The notes under the pieces were generated by a model. It had not been told where the DNA came from, did no database searches, and saw only the letters and a program-made list of their open reading frames with translations. A DNA stretch of 52,434 nt from the IMG/VR virus record IMGVR_UViG_3300036791_000368, positions 1 to 52,434 of that record, one strand, 5' to 3'. Source of the DNA: a virus. Lineage: Duplodnaviria > Caudoviricetes. Made by a program: the position numbers and the translations under genes. Shown here piece after piece: positions 7,694 to 15,332 of the stretch; the stretch's first letter is position 1; every line of letters starts with the position of its first letter.

Positions 7694-8213
7694 GTATCAG
7701 GAGTACGAACAGGCGGTCCTAGACATGATGTGGAGCGAGTGTCAGCTGCATCCAGATGACGAAGATGAGTACGTCTGGATAGGAGGCCTGACTCGAAGGA
7801 TCCATGATCTTTTCCCTATCGGTGTGAATGCAGGCAGTATCTTAAAGGCGTTGAAAGACTCAGGTGCAATTCAAGAACTTAGCCGAGGCGGAGGACAAAC
7901 GCCGTCTGTCTACTGGTTACGTAGACGTAACCTTGCAGTCGACGACGACGGCCAACCTATAGAGGTCAAGGCGCATCCATACTCCGTATCCAAACAAGAG
8001 GCAGAGGCACAAAGTTATGCAGGGCTGAACTATCGACTACATAACCTAGAAAAGTTCCTGCCTATGTTGCTGGAGATCGCTACCGAACGTTCAGGTGCGC
8101 CATCGCCAGCCGAGCAGATCGCTGCAGCATTCGACGAGGCGGCTTCGGGTAGCATTAAGGATCAACTGCAGGCACTTCTGCCCGAAGAAAATAGCACACA
8201 AGAGGACACTTGA
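7683..8213 (+). CDS. Hypothetical protein, possible winged-helix
   Basis: ILKALKDSGAIQELSRGGGQTPSVYWL resembles a recognition helix plus wing; its stop lies in promoter 9. Confidence 0.7.
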   Translation: MPTKYQEYEQAVLDMMWSECQLHPDDEDEYVWIGGLTRRIHDLFPIGVNAGSILKALKDSGAIQELSRGGGQTPSVYWLRRRNLAVDDDGQPIEVKAHPYSVSKQEAEAQSYAGLNYRLHNLEKFLPMLLEIATERSGAPSPAEQIAAAFDEAASGSIKDQLQALLPEENSTQEDT

Positions 8214-8240
8214 TTGTCATCTATGACATGCTATATAATA
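8190..8240 (+). promoter_or_regulatory. Repeated phage promoter copy 9
   Basis: AATAGCAC box, TTGATT 8210-8215, TATAAT 8234-8239. Confidence 0.85.
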
Positions 8241-8270
8241 TAAGTATGATCAAAGAGAAAGGATACAACA

Positions 8271-8450
8271 TTGGTATACATAACTAATGCGGAGGTGGCG
8301 GAGCACGACGTCAAGGAGTTCCTCGAGAAGGAACTGCCTGAGAAGTGCGGCGTCGAACACACGCACATCGAAGACAACCTCGCCACTGTGTTGATGACAG
8401 ACGGGAGTAGGCTGGTTGTCATGCTTCACACTAGTGGCCCAGAACTATGA
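8271..8450 (+). CDS. Hypothetical protein (59 aa, TTG start, not in ORF track)
   Basis: GAAAGGA RBS; ATGA overlap with the next gene. Confidence 0.6.
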   Translation: MVYITNAEVAEHDVKEFLEKELPEKCGVEHTHIEDNLATVLMTDGSRLVVMLHTSGPEL

Positions 8451-8641
8451 TCAAGTGGCAAGAAGTAACTGAGGGGACGGCGAACCTAGAACAAGTCCTC
8501 AAGGAGGTTAGTCTCGTACTGACACCCTACCAGTTCGTAGTACTGAACGAAGTCATTCGTGAGTATACCCACGACAAGGGTTGCGACTCTCGAATCTATG
8601 AGGTGCTCAAGAACATTCAGTTCGACTTCGTGAAGAAATGA
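8447..8641 (+). CDS. Hypothetical protein
   Basis: Translationally coupled ORF. Confidence 0.65.
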   Translation: MIKWQEVTEGTANLEQVLKEVSLVLTPYQFVVLNEVIREYTHDKGCDSRIYEVLKNIQFDFVKK

Positions 8642-8859
8642 ACGCTGACATGACAGTAGCAGAGGCCACGCTCGTCTGGAACAACCTCAATAGCATGACT
8701 GAGGAAGACTTCGGAGGCTCTTACCCCATCGAGGTAATCGAGCAGGTATGTGAGGCAGCCTGCGTACTAGGTTTAATGTGCAAGTCGTCTATTGACGGTG
8801 AGGTAAACTATAGCCTCACGGAGAAAGGCCGGAACAGAAAACGAGGTGAAGATGCATAA
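8638..8859 (+). CDS. Hypothetical protein, possible winged-helix
   Basis: Coupled ORF ending YSLTEKGR. Confidence 0.65.
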   Translation: MNADMTVAEATLVWNNLNSMTEEDFGGSYPIEVIEQVCEAACVLGLMCKSSIDGEVNYSLTEKGRNRKRGEDA

Positions 8860-9055
8860 GATCCAAACAATGGCGTGTCCCATGTGTGACGAGCAACCAA
8901 CCGTCGAGCTAACGGACGAGGAGTACGAAGCACTGAAATCAGGTACACTGATCCAGAAAGCGATGCCTACACGGTCAGCAGACTTCCGCGAGAAGTTCCT
9001 CTCGGGCTACTGCGGTAAGTGTTGGGACATTGTCTTCCCGCCAGAGGAGGAGTAA
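8852..9055 (+). CDS. C4 zinc-ribbon protein
   Basis: CPMC...CGKC; GAGGTGA RBS. Confidence 0.75.
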   Translation: MHKIQTMACPMCDEQPTVELTDEEYEALKSGTLIQKAMPTRSADFREKFLSGYCGKCWDIVFPPEEE

Positions 9056-9228
9056 TGGACGTACGAGACTTTTTCAAGTGCCAAGCGAGCATAGACAGAG
9101 GCGAGAAGTGTCTATCGTGTGAGGCTGACTGGCAAGAGGTGCCGGGAGAGTCGGGACGTTCTCTATTCCATACTGAAGACTGTGCGTACCTAGCCGCAGA
9201 GCGAGTGAGTCAGGAGTATGATGTCTGA
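9055..9228 (+). CDS. Small putative zinc-binding protein
   Basis: CLSC...HTEDC; TAATG coupling. Confidence 0.7.
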   Translation: MDVRDFFKCQASIDRGEKCLSCEADWQEVPGESGRSLFHTEDCAYLAAERVSQEYDV

Positions 9229-9910
9229 TCGTCGATTCATGCCCGACAAAGTACGCAGACCTCGAGACGAAATGGTACTGGCGGTCGCACAACTTGAAAT
9301 AGCTGGACTGACAGTAGCTGGTAGTTGGAGACGACAGAAGGACACAATAGGCGACCTCGACATACTTGTACCGAACGTCTATAACATGGTGACAGCGGTA
9401 CATACTGCACAACTGTTCTTCGGCTACGAGGAGATCCGCGGCGGTGCTATGAAGTCAGAAGGCATAGCGACGTACAAAGATGCACCACTCCTCCTGAACT
9501 TCTGGTACGTACCAAATGAACTTGCCTGGGCGGGCATGTTATTGTTCGCCACAGGGCCACACGATCTGAACATCATGATGCGTGCGAAGGCCAAAGCACA
9601 AGGCAAAACACTTTCGCAGTACGGACTTTTCCAAGACGATGTTCAACTCGACAACGGCCTTGAGGAGGACCAAATCTTCGACCTCCTCGGCATTGTCTAC
9701 CTTACCCCTGTGGAGCGTGAGACGTGGCGGGACTATTTGATCAGGACGCCGAGCCCGAATATCGAGGTACAAGTCCCGAGCTCGGATGGAGTACACGCCT
9801 ATACCGTCACGCTGAAAGACGGGAAAGGTTTCGACTGTACTTGCAAAGGGTTCGCCTACAGGAACTCCTGCCGCCATCTCCGGGAAGCCGAGGAGCTTGG
9901 CAATGGATAA
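9221..9910 (+). CDS. polX: Minimal family X DNA polymerase-like nucleotidyltransferase fused to a SWIM zinc finger
   Basis: AGSWRR..TIGDLDILV; LFATGPHDLNIMMR; LSQYGLF; EEDQIFDLLGIVYLTPVERE; C-terminal CTC-x8-CRH. Confidence 0.85.
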   Translation: MSDRRFMPDKVRRPRDEMVLAVAQLEIAGLTVAGSWRRQKDTIGDLDILVPNVYNMVTAVHTAQLFFGYEEIRGGAMKSEGIATYKDAPLLLNFWYVPNELAWAGMLLFATGPHDLNIMMRAKAKAQGKTLSQYGLFQDDVQLDNGLEEDQIFDLLGIVYLTPVERETWRDYLIRTPSPNIEVQVPSSDGVHAYTVTLKDGKGFDCTCKGFAYRNSCRHLREAEELGNG

Positions 9911-10012
9911 AGGACTGGTGGTGGAAGCATACCCACGACCCGTACGATTGGATGGAGGAGTGCCCAGAGCTGGTACCTCCACCACGCCTTGTACACAGTA
10001 CCAAACATTCCA

Positions 10013-10054
10013 AATAGCACCCTAGATTTTCCATATGGAGCTGCTATATAATAG
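10013..10054 (+). promoter_or_regulatory. Repeated phage promoter copy 10
   Basis: AATAGCAC box, TAGATT 10023-10028, TATAAT 10047-10052. Confidence 0.85.
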
Positions 10055-10086
10055 TAGTAATAACAAAGAGAAAGGAGGTGAATATA

Positions 10087-10461
10087 ATGACCAACACAGC
10101 AGACGGCATGGAGGAAGTTCATGCAGAAGACCTGGACGATGACGAAGAGGGTGGACCAAAGCCCGCTTCGATCGGACGGAACTTCCAGGAGCTTCCCGAG
10201 GGCTACCTGACGCTCGTGGGTTTTGCGAAGTACCTGCAGAAGCCACGCTCCCAGGGTGGACGGTACGTGATCGTAAAGCCGCAGGTGCTTTACAGCACGG
10301 CCAAGAACACCAAGTCGTTCCCTGTTGAGACTCATGTTGATGGTCGACAGATCATCAACGTCGAGAAGGGTCTCGAGTGGTGGGACGAGAAGGAGCAGCG
10401 CAAGGCCGACCGCGCCGCCGAACAGGCTTCGCAGCCAGAGCCTGAAGAGGAAGCCGGTTAG
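10087..10461 (+). CDS. Xis/MerR-like winged-HTH DNA-binding protein (paralogue 3)
   Basis: YLTLVGFAKYL...VKPQVLYSTAK...GRQIINVEKGLEWW; acidic termini. Confidence 0.6.
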   Translation: MTNTADGMEEVHAEDLDDDEEGGPKPASIGRNFQELPEGYLTLVGFAKYLQKPRSQGGRYVIVKPQVLYSTAKNTKSFPVETHVDGRQIINVEKGLEWWDEKEQRKADRAAEQASQPEPEEEAG

Positions 10462-10549
10462 TGAGGCGAGGGGAACCAGTGGAAAAGGTTCCCCTCCTCA
10501 CTTGGGTGCTCCAGTGGATGTAACCGGCGCTGGAGCACCCTAGTGAGGA
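10459..10549 (+). promoter_or_regulatory. Overlapping RNA hairpins upstream of an RBS
   Basis: Stem 10460-10477/10487-10502 competes with the 22-bp stem 10495-10516/10528-10549; AGGAGGTGA follows. Confidence 0.7.
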
Positions 10550-10564
10550 CGAGAGGAGGTGAAC

Positions 10565-10756
10565 ATGAAGAATGGAGAGTTGATCGCACTGTTGAGTGAT
10601 TGGGATGTCGACCTAGAAGTCGAGATCGAAATCGTCAACGAGACTGACTTTGACGTAGATGACGGCGACACACTTAACATAGTCAAAGATCAGACGGGAG
10701 TCAAGTACAACAAACTCTACATCGTCGCCGAAGCAACAGATCCAGACAACGACTAA
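10565..10756 (+). CDS. Acidic hypothetical protein
   Basis: Strong RBS. Confidence 0.75.
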   Translation: MKNGELIALLSDWDVDLEVEIEIVNETDFDVDDGDTLNIVKDQTGVKYNKLYIVAEATDPDND

Positions 10757-10775
10757 CGGGAAACGGAAAGGGACA

Positions 10776-11015
10776 ATGGCTGCAAAAACTGAACAAACCA
10801 AAGGGAAGAAAGTAACCTGCGACATCTGCAATAAGCAGTTCGTCGAAGGCTACATCGGAACCCACAAGCGAAGGCAACACGGAGTAGCCGGAGGACAATC
10901 CGGCATAGTACGAAACGGAAACAAGTCCACGTTCACAGACTTCAAACGAGTCAAGGATATGATCTTGTTGGAGGACAGCAAAGGTCAAATGTGGATCGCG
11001 GAGCGAATCAAGTGA
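10776..11015 (+). CDS. C2H2 zinc-finger protein
   Basis: CDICNKQFVEGYIGTHKRRQH. Confidence 0.75.
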   Translation: MAAKTEQTKGKKVTCDICNKQFVEGYIGTHKRRQHGVAGGQSGIVRNGNKSTFTDFKRVKDMILLEDSKGQMWIAERIK

Positions 11016-11344
11016 GGGGCGACGCGCAGGAGAAACTTGAGATACACGAACTGACGGACAAGTTCCTCACATGTAGGATGCTTGGACACTCGTGGGATGA
11101 CAACCCTCATGGGGAAGTCGACAGCGAGTTGTTCAGAGTGAGTCACGGAGCAGTAGCACTACGGTGCGTACGGTGTCGGACAGAGCGGTTCGATTACCTG
11201 GACAACACAATGCAAGTGTTCCAACGGTACTACAAGTACCCAAAACGATACACCACAATCCCAGGCTACACGCGACCTGACGTGCGCACTGAGATGCTGA
11301 GTCGGTCGCTACTGATCAGACGGAGGCGCAACGGTAAACGATGA
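11012..11344 (+). CDS. Putative zinc-binding protein
   Basis: CRMLGHSW...CVRC. Confidence 0.7.
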   Translation: MRGDAQEKLEIHELTDKFLTCRMLGHSWDDNPHGEVDSELFRVSHGAVALRCVRCRTERFDYLDNTMQVFQRYYKYPKRYTTIPGYTRPDVRTEMLSRSLLIRRRRNGKR

Positions 11345-11556
11345 AGATTGACTTCGTATCTAACTTCTTAGGCGAAGCGATCGTGTGGAGAACAGAAAGC
11401 CAAAGTAGGCCAGGCATGTTCCACTACACGTCCAAGCTTCGAGCAGGTGGCATAGTCTGCTCCTGTGAGGGGTGGCAGTACAACGGTTACTGCAAGCACA
11501 TGGAGAACCTTCCTGCGGAGAAGGTTGAAGCGGCCATGAAGGCTTGGCATGATTGA
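11341..11556 (+). CDS. SWIM zinc-finger protein
   Basis: CSC-x8-CKH, immediately upstream of an SNF2 helicase (a known SWIM-SNF2 association). Confidence 0.8.
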   Translation: MKIDFVSNFLGEAIVWRTESQSRPGMFHYTSKLRAGGIVCSCEGWQYNGYCKHMENLPAEKVEAAMKAWHD

Positions 11557-12901
11557 ACTCTTCCCTTTCCAGAAGGAGGATGTCGAGTACCTCGACGGTA
11601 AGGTGAGCGCACTCATCGCCAATGAAATGGGAACAGGAAAGACCTACGAGGCGATCGCTAGAGACCAAAGGTTCCGTAACGGTCGACCAGGAGCTACGTT
11701 AGTAATAGCACCACTCACTATCCTCGAGGACGTCTGGAAGAAACACTTCGAAGAGCTGACCGACCTCAAGGTTGTCGCTCTGGATCCGAAAGACCGAAAG
11801 CGCTCGTGGGCTTACTGGCACGCGATTGCCGGCGACGTGTTTATCGTTCACTGGGAAGCTCTGAGACTGATGCCTGAGTTGCAGGAGGTACAGTGGCTCC
11901 ACGTGATCGCTGATGAGGTCCACAGGGCTAAGAATCGAAAGGCGCAACAGACTAAGGCCCTGAAGACGATTAAGCGTGTCAGGTATAAGACAGCAATGTC
12001 AGGTACCCCTGTTGTCAATAGACCAGACGAGATGTGGAGCATCCTGAACTGGCTGTACCCAAAGACCTATACTTCGTACTGGCGCTTCTTCAATAGGTAC
12101 GTTGCGACCGAGACTAAGTACTTCCGAGGACGTACAGTACGAGTGATAACAGGTCCAAAGAATCTAGAAGCCATGCACGAGGAGCTCGAACCATTCTACG
12201 TCAGGCGTCGCAAAGAGGAAGTGCTTCCTGACTTACCAGATAAGTACTACACCGAGATCAAAGTCGACTTAACACCAACGCAGCGTCGAGCATACGATAC
12301 AATGCGGAAGGAGATGATAGCCTGGATCGGTAACCAGGAGCAAGAAGTCTTAGCAGCCCCTGTGGTGATAGCACAGCTCATCCGGTTGCAGCAGTTCGCC
12401 GTCGCCTTCGCAGAGTACGACGGAGACCATATCAGGTTATCAGAACCAAGTTCCAAGCTCGACGCACTCATGGAGGTCTTAGATGAATCGGAAGAGTCGA
12501 TTGTGGTCTTCAGTCGATTCAAGCAACTTGTCAACCTTGCATCGCGACGTCTCGATTCGGCGTCCATTTCGTATGTTACCCTTACAGGTGATACGGGTCA
12601 AGCCGTACGCAGGCTCAACGTCGACCGGTTCCAGAAGGGTGACGTACGCGTTTTCGTTGGGACTCTCGGAGCTGGCGGTATCGGTATCACACTCACGCGA
12701 GCAAGTACGGTATGCTTTCTCGATCGTGATTGGTCACCGGCCCTTAACCTCCAAGCGGAAGACCGACTCCACCGAATCGGACAAACCAACGCCGTTCAAG
12801 TCATCGACATCGTAGCACGCAATACGGTTGATGCAGGTAAGAAACAAATGCTTGAACTGAAGAAGAGTTGGATTCGAGCCATCTTAGGCGATCCAAAATA
12901 G
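11549..12901 (+). CDS. SNF2-family SF2 helicase
   Basis: EMGTGKT, DEVH, SGTP, GIGITLT and QAEDRLHRIGQ motifs. Confidence 0.95.
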   Translation: MIELFPFQKEDVEYLDGKVSALIANEMGTGKTYEAIARDQRFRNGRPGATLVIAPLTILEDVWKKHFEELTDLKVVALDPKDRKRSWAYWHAIAGDVFIVHWEALRLMPELQEVQWLHVIADEVHRAKNRKAQQTKALKTIKRVRYKTAMSGTPVVNRPDEMWSILNWLYPKTYTSYWRFFNRYVATETKYFRGRTVRVITGPKNLEAMHEELEPFYVRRRKEEVLPDLPDKYYTEIKVDLTPTQRRAYDTMRKEMIAWIGNQEQEVLAAPVVIAQLIRLQQFAVAFAEYDGDHIRLSEPSSKLDALMEVLDESEESIVVFSRFKQLVNLASRRLDSASISYVTLTGDTGQAVRRLNVDRFQKGDVRVFVGTLGAGGIGITLTRASTVCFLDRDWSPALNLQAEDRLHRIGQTNAVQVIDIVARNTVDAGKKQMLELKKSWIRAILGDPK

Positions 12902-12948
12902 CACCCAAATGAACCCTTGATTTTCCCCTATGTTCCCATATATAATAG
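12897..12948 (+). promoter_or_regulatory. Repeated phage promoter copy 11
   Basis: AATAGCAC box, TTGATT 12917-12922, TATAAT 12941-12946. Confidence 0.85.
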
Positions 12949-12997
12949 AAAGTATAAAAGTAAAAACTTTTATACAGGAACAGAAAGGAAATAAACA

Positions 12998-13414
12998 GTG
13001 GTAGATTTTATCCCAGTCGACCCTCGAGAGATCAGCAACAGGTCAGGAGGCCACCGCGGGCGGGTTAGCTACCCGCTGTTGAAGGGCTTCATGGAGTCGG
13101 GGCACCTAGTCGTGAAGTTGGATCTCGAAGGGTCTCAGCAAACAACTGTGGCGCTGCGTTCTATGTTGACGGCGTACATCAAGTCGCATGACTTGCCCGT
13201 CACGGTCTTTCAGCGCGACGGTGACATGTACCTAGCACGTCTCGACAAAGAGATGATGGAAGACGGTACGATCATCGACATCGAAGACTGGCGTGCACCA
13301 GTAGCGTCAAAGGGGACAGGTAGTGGCTCGCAGGTCAACGCCGAGCCCACTCCGATCTCGATGACAGAAGTCAACAAGCGGTACGAAGAGGAAAGGAGTC
13401 AACTGACTAAGTGA
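12998..13414 (+). CDS. Hypothetical protein
   Basis: GAAAGGA RBS, after promoter 11. Confidence 0.75.
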   Translation: MVDFIPVDPREISNRSGGHRGRVSYPLLKGFMESGHLVVKLDLEGSQQTTVALRSMLTAYIKSHDLPVTVFQRDGDMYLARLDKEMMEDGTIIDIEDWRAPVASKGTGSGSQVNAEPTPISMTEVNKRYEEERSQLTK

Positions 13415-14049
13415 GGGTACTCGTTGTATGCGCCAAGCGTTACAACGGTCACGAGTTGTGGACGGCTCTCGGAGTTATGACCCAGCGAGGTCATGAGTTC
13501 GAAGTCGTCTCCCAAGACACACTAGTCCGCGACGAGATCACTCTTCGACCAAACACCATCGATCGCGTACTGTACCAAGTAGGTACACGGGAACTGACGG
13601 ACCGATTCGACGCTCTGATGTTCGTATCTGGCAACATGCAGGACACAGAAGCATACTGGACTGACGGTCATGCTCTAGCACTCGTGGAAGGGAACGGAGA
13701 CCGACCTACTGCTGCCATCTGTTGTTCCGTACCTACAATCAGGCACGCAGCAGTTGGGAAACGTGTATCCTACTTTCCTCTCCTACGCTCTAGACAGTTA
13801 CTAAGCGAGGCCGGAGCTATCCTAAATCCGGTTAGCGTAACCGCAGACGAGAACATCGTGACCGCAGAACACCAAATGGGATCTCAACGGTGGGCTCGTG
13901 TCTTCTGTAACATCCTCGAAGGTAAAGACTCTGATGTTGGCCTAGTAGAGTCTAACTTTCCTACACCTAGCCGAGAGCGTCGCCCTGTGGCCGCAGTGGA
14001 AAGACTCAAGCGACCTTCGGATAGAATCAAGATCAGGAAACCAAAATAG
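13411..14049 (+). CDS. DJ-1/PfpI family protein
   Basis: MRVLVV..YNGHEL; FDALMFVSG; nucleophile elbow TAAICCS; VTADENIVTA. Confidence 0.8.
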   Translation: MRVLVVCAKRYNGHELWTALGVMTQRGHEFEVVSQDTLVRDEITLRPNTIDRVLYQVGTRELTDRFDALMFVSGNMQDTEAYWTDGHALALVEGNGDRPTAAICCSVPTIRHAAVGKRVSYFPLLRSRQLLSEAGAILNPVSVTADENIVTAEHQMGSQRWARVFCNILEGKDSDVGLVESNFPTPSRERRPVAAVERLKRPSDRIKIRKPK

Positions 14050-14061
14050 AAAGAGGAACAA

Positions 14062-14922
14062 TTGAATAACGATCCATTCCCTTTGACACAATGCAAGACC
14101 CTTAAGTCCGTCGACTTCGCGAAGCTGAACAAGCAGCGCTTCGTAATGGAACCAAAGATCGACGGTTGGCGACTCCAAGTGGAGGTAGATGAGGCTGACG
14201 TTCAGGCTTGGACACGAACTAACCATAACGCAACAGGTAAACTTCCAATGGTTGAGAATCACCTCGCTGTAGCCTTCATCCCTGAAGGTACGCGGCTCGA
14301 TGGCGAGGTTGTTTACCTTGACAGTAACGGAGATCCGGACTTCAACTTTACTAGTCGGTGTATGGGAAGTGGAGTCGACGTATGCGTCGACAAGCAACAG
14401 CTTGAGGAACGATACCTATCGTACGTTGTGTTCGATATCCTACGTCTAGGCGATCGAGACCTTAGAGCCCAGCCATACGAAGAGCGGCGGAGCATCCTGG
14501 AAAAGCTGCTGAAGGGTTATAGTCCCTACGTACCAGTAATCGAAGTTGGTGCAGCGACTGAAGAGGCTCACGCTAAGAACATCAACAAGTACGGCGAGGG
14601 ATCTATTCTCAAAGACCTGTCAGCACCCTATGCTGGCAAGCGTCACAAGTCATGGCTTAAATGGAAAGCGGACGAAACGATGGACGTTCGTATCGTCGGC
14701 TACAAAGAAGGACAAGGAAAGTACAATGGTCTCATTGGAGCCATCACCTTCGTAGCAGGTGACGGTACGTTCGGCAACTGTAGTGGGATGGATGACGATA
14801 CGCGGGTACACATCTCGGACCACAGGGGCAGTTTGATCGGGAAGACCATTGAGGTGAAGCACTACGGTAAGCTCGTCGACGGTTGGCGGCACCCTCAGTT
14901 CATCCGATTCCGAGATGAGTAA
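14062..14922 (+). CDS. lig: ATP-dependent DNA ligase
   Basis: EPKIDGWR (motif I), LDGEVV, VFDIL, EGSILK, WLKWK and an OB-fold C-terminus. Confidence 0.95.
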   Translation: MNNDPFPLTQCKTLKSVDFAKLNKQRFVMEPKIDGWRLQVEVDEADVQAWTRTNHNATGKLPMVENHLAVAFIPEGTRLDGEVVYLDSNGDPDFNFTSRCMGSGVDVCVDKQQLEERYLSYVVFDILRLGDRDLRAQPYEERRSILEKLLKGYSPYVPVIEVGAATEEAHAKNINKYGEGSILKDLSAPYAGKRHKSWLKWKADETMDVRIVGYKEGQGKYNGLIGAITFVAGDGTFGNCSGMDDDTRVHISDHRGSLIGKTIEVKHYGKLVDGWRHPQFIRFRDE

Positions 14923-15145
14923 TAGCGAGAGTGCAGGACAGTTGCAGGCTAAGATCTGCACCTGTGGTCGCTACTTCGACGAAGAGGGTCTACGCGCCTC
15001 ATGGGTTGGGAAGCCGTTTCCTAAGGGAAGTACGCACCACTTCGACACCCTACCGTGCCACGATGGTGACTGCGACGAGACATCGTGTCCCGACTACGGA
15101 GTAGTGAGTTGGGCCAAGAAGATGCGGGACAGAACGACTGGCTGA
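14915..15145 (+). CDS. Cys-rich hypothetical protein
   Basis: CTCG...CH..C...C. Confidence 0.6.
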   Translation: MSNSESAGQLQAKICTCGRYFDEEGLRASWVGKPFPKGSTHHFDTLPCHDGDCDETSCPDYGVVSWAKKMRDRTTG

Positions 15146-15169
15146 GGCTTGCGGACGTAACCAGAACAC

Positions 15170-15243
15170 GGCGACGTGGCTGAGATGGTACAAAGCGGGG
15201 GTCTGCAAAACCCTTTATGACGGTTCGAGTCCGTCCGTCGCCT
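15170..15243 (+). tRNA. tRNA-Cys(GCA)
   Basis: Acceptor GGCGACG/CGTCGCC. D stem GCT/AGC. Anticodon arm GGGGT-CTGCAAA-ACCCT with GCA at 15205-15207. T arm GACGG-TTCGAGT-CCGTC. U discriminator; CCA not encoded. Confidence 0.95.
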
Positions 15244-15257
15244 CAAAAATTTCCGAT

Positions 15258-15296
15258 CAGCACCCTTGATTTCCATCTTTGCCTTCGTTATAATAG
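15258..15296 (+). promoter_or_regulatory. Repeated phage promoter copy 12
   Basis: AGCACCC then TTGATT 15266-15271, 17-bp spacer, TATAAT 15289-15294. Confidence 0.8.
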
Positions 15297-15332
15297 TAGT
15301 ATACAAATCTTTCTAACGGAACGGGTAACAGG

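Noticed and set aside
9897-10025. Small ORF between polX and promoter 10
   Set aside because: Two frames are possible and neither has a clear start plus RBS, so it was not called.
15170-15243. tRNA as attP/attL marking a prophage boundary
   Set aside because: Phage genes and the same promoter element continue on both sides; no integrase or duplicated tRNA 3' end was seen.
342-15296. Repeated element as a CRISPR array or integron attC sites
   Set aside because: Copies are degenerate, hundreds to thousands of bp apart, carry -35/-10 hexamers and are not palindromic. No cas1/cas2 or integron integrase is present.
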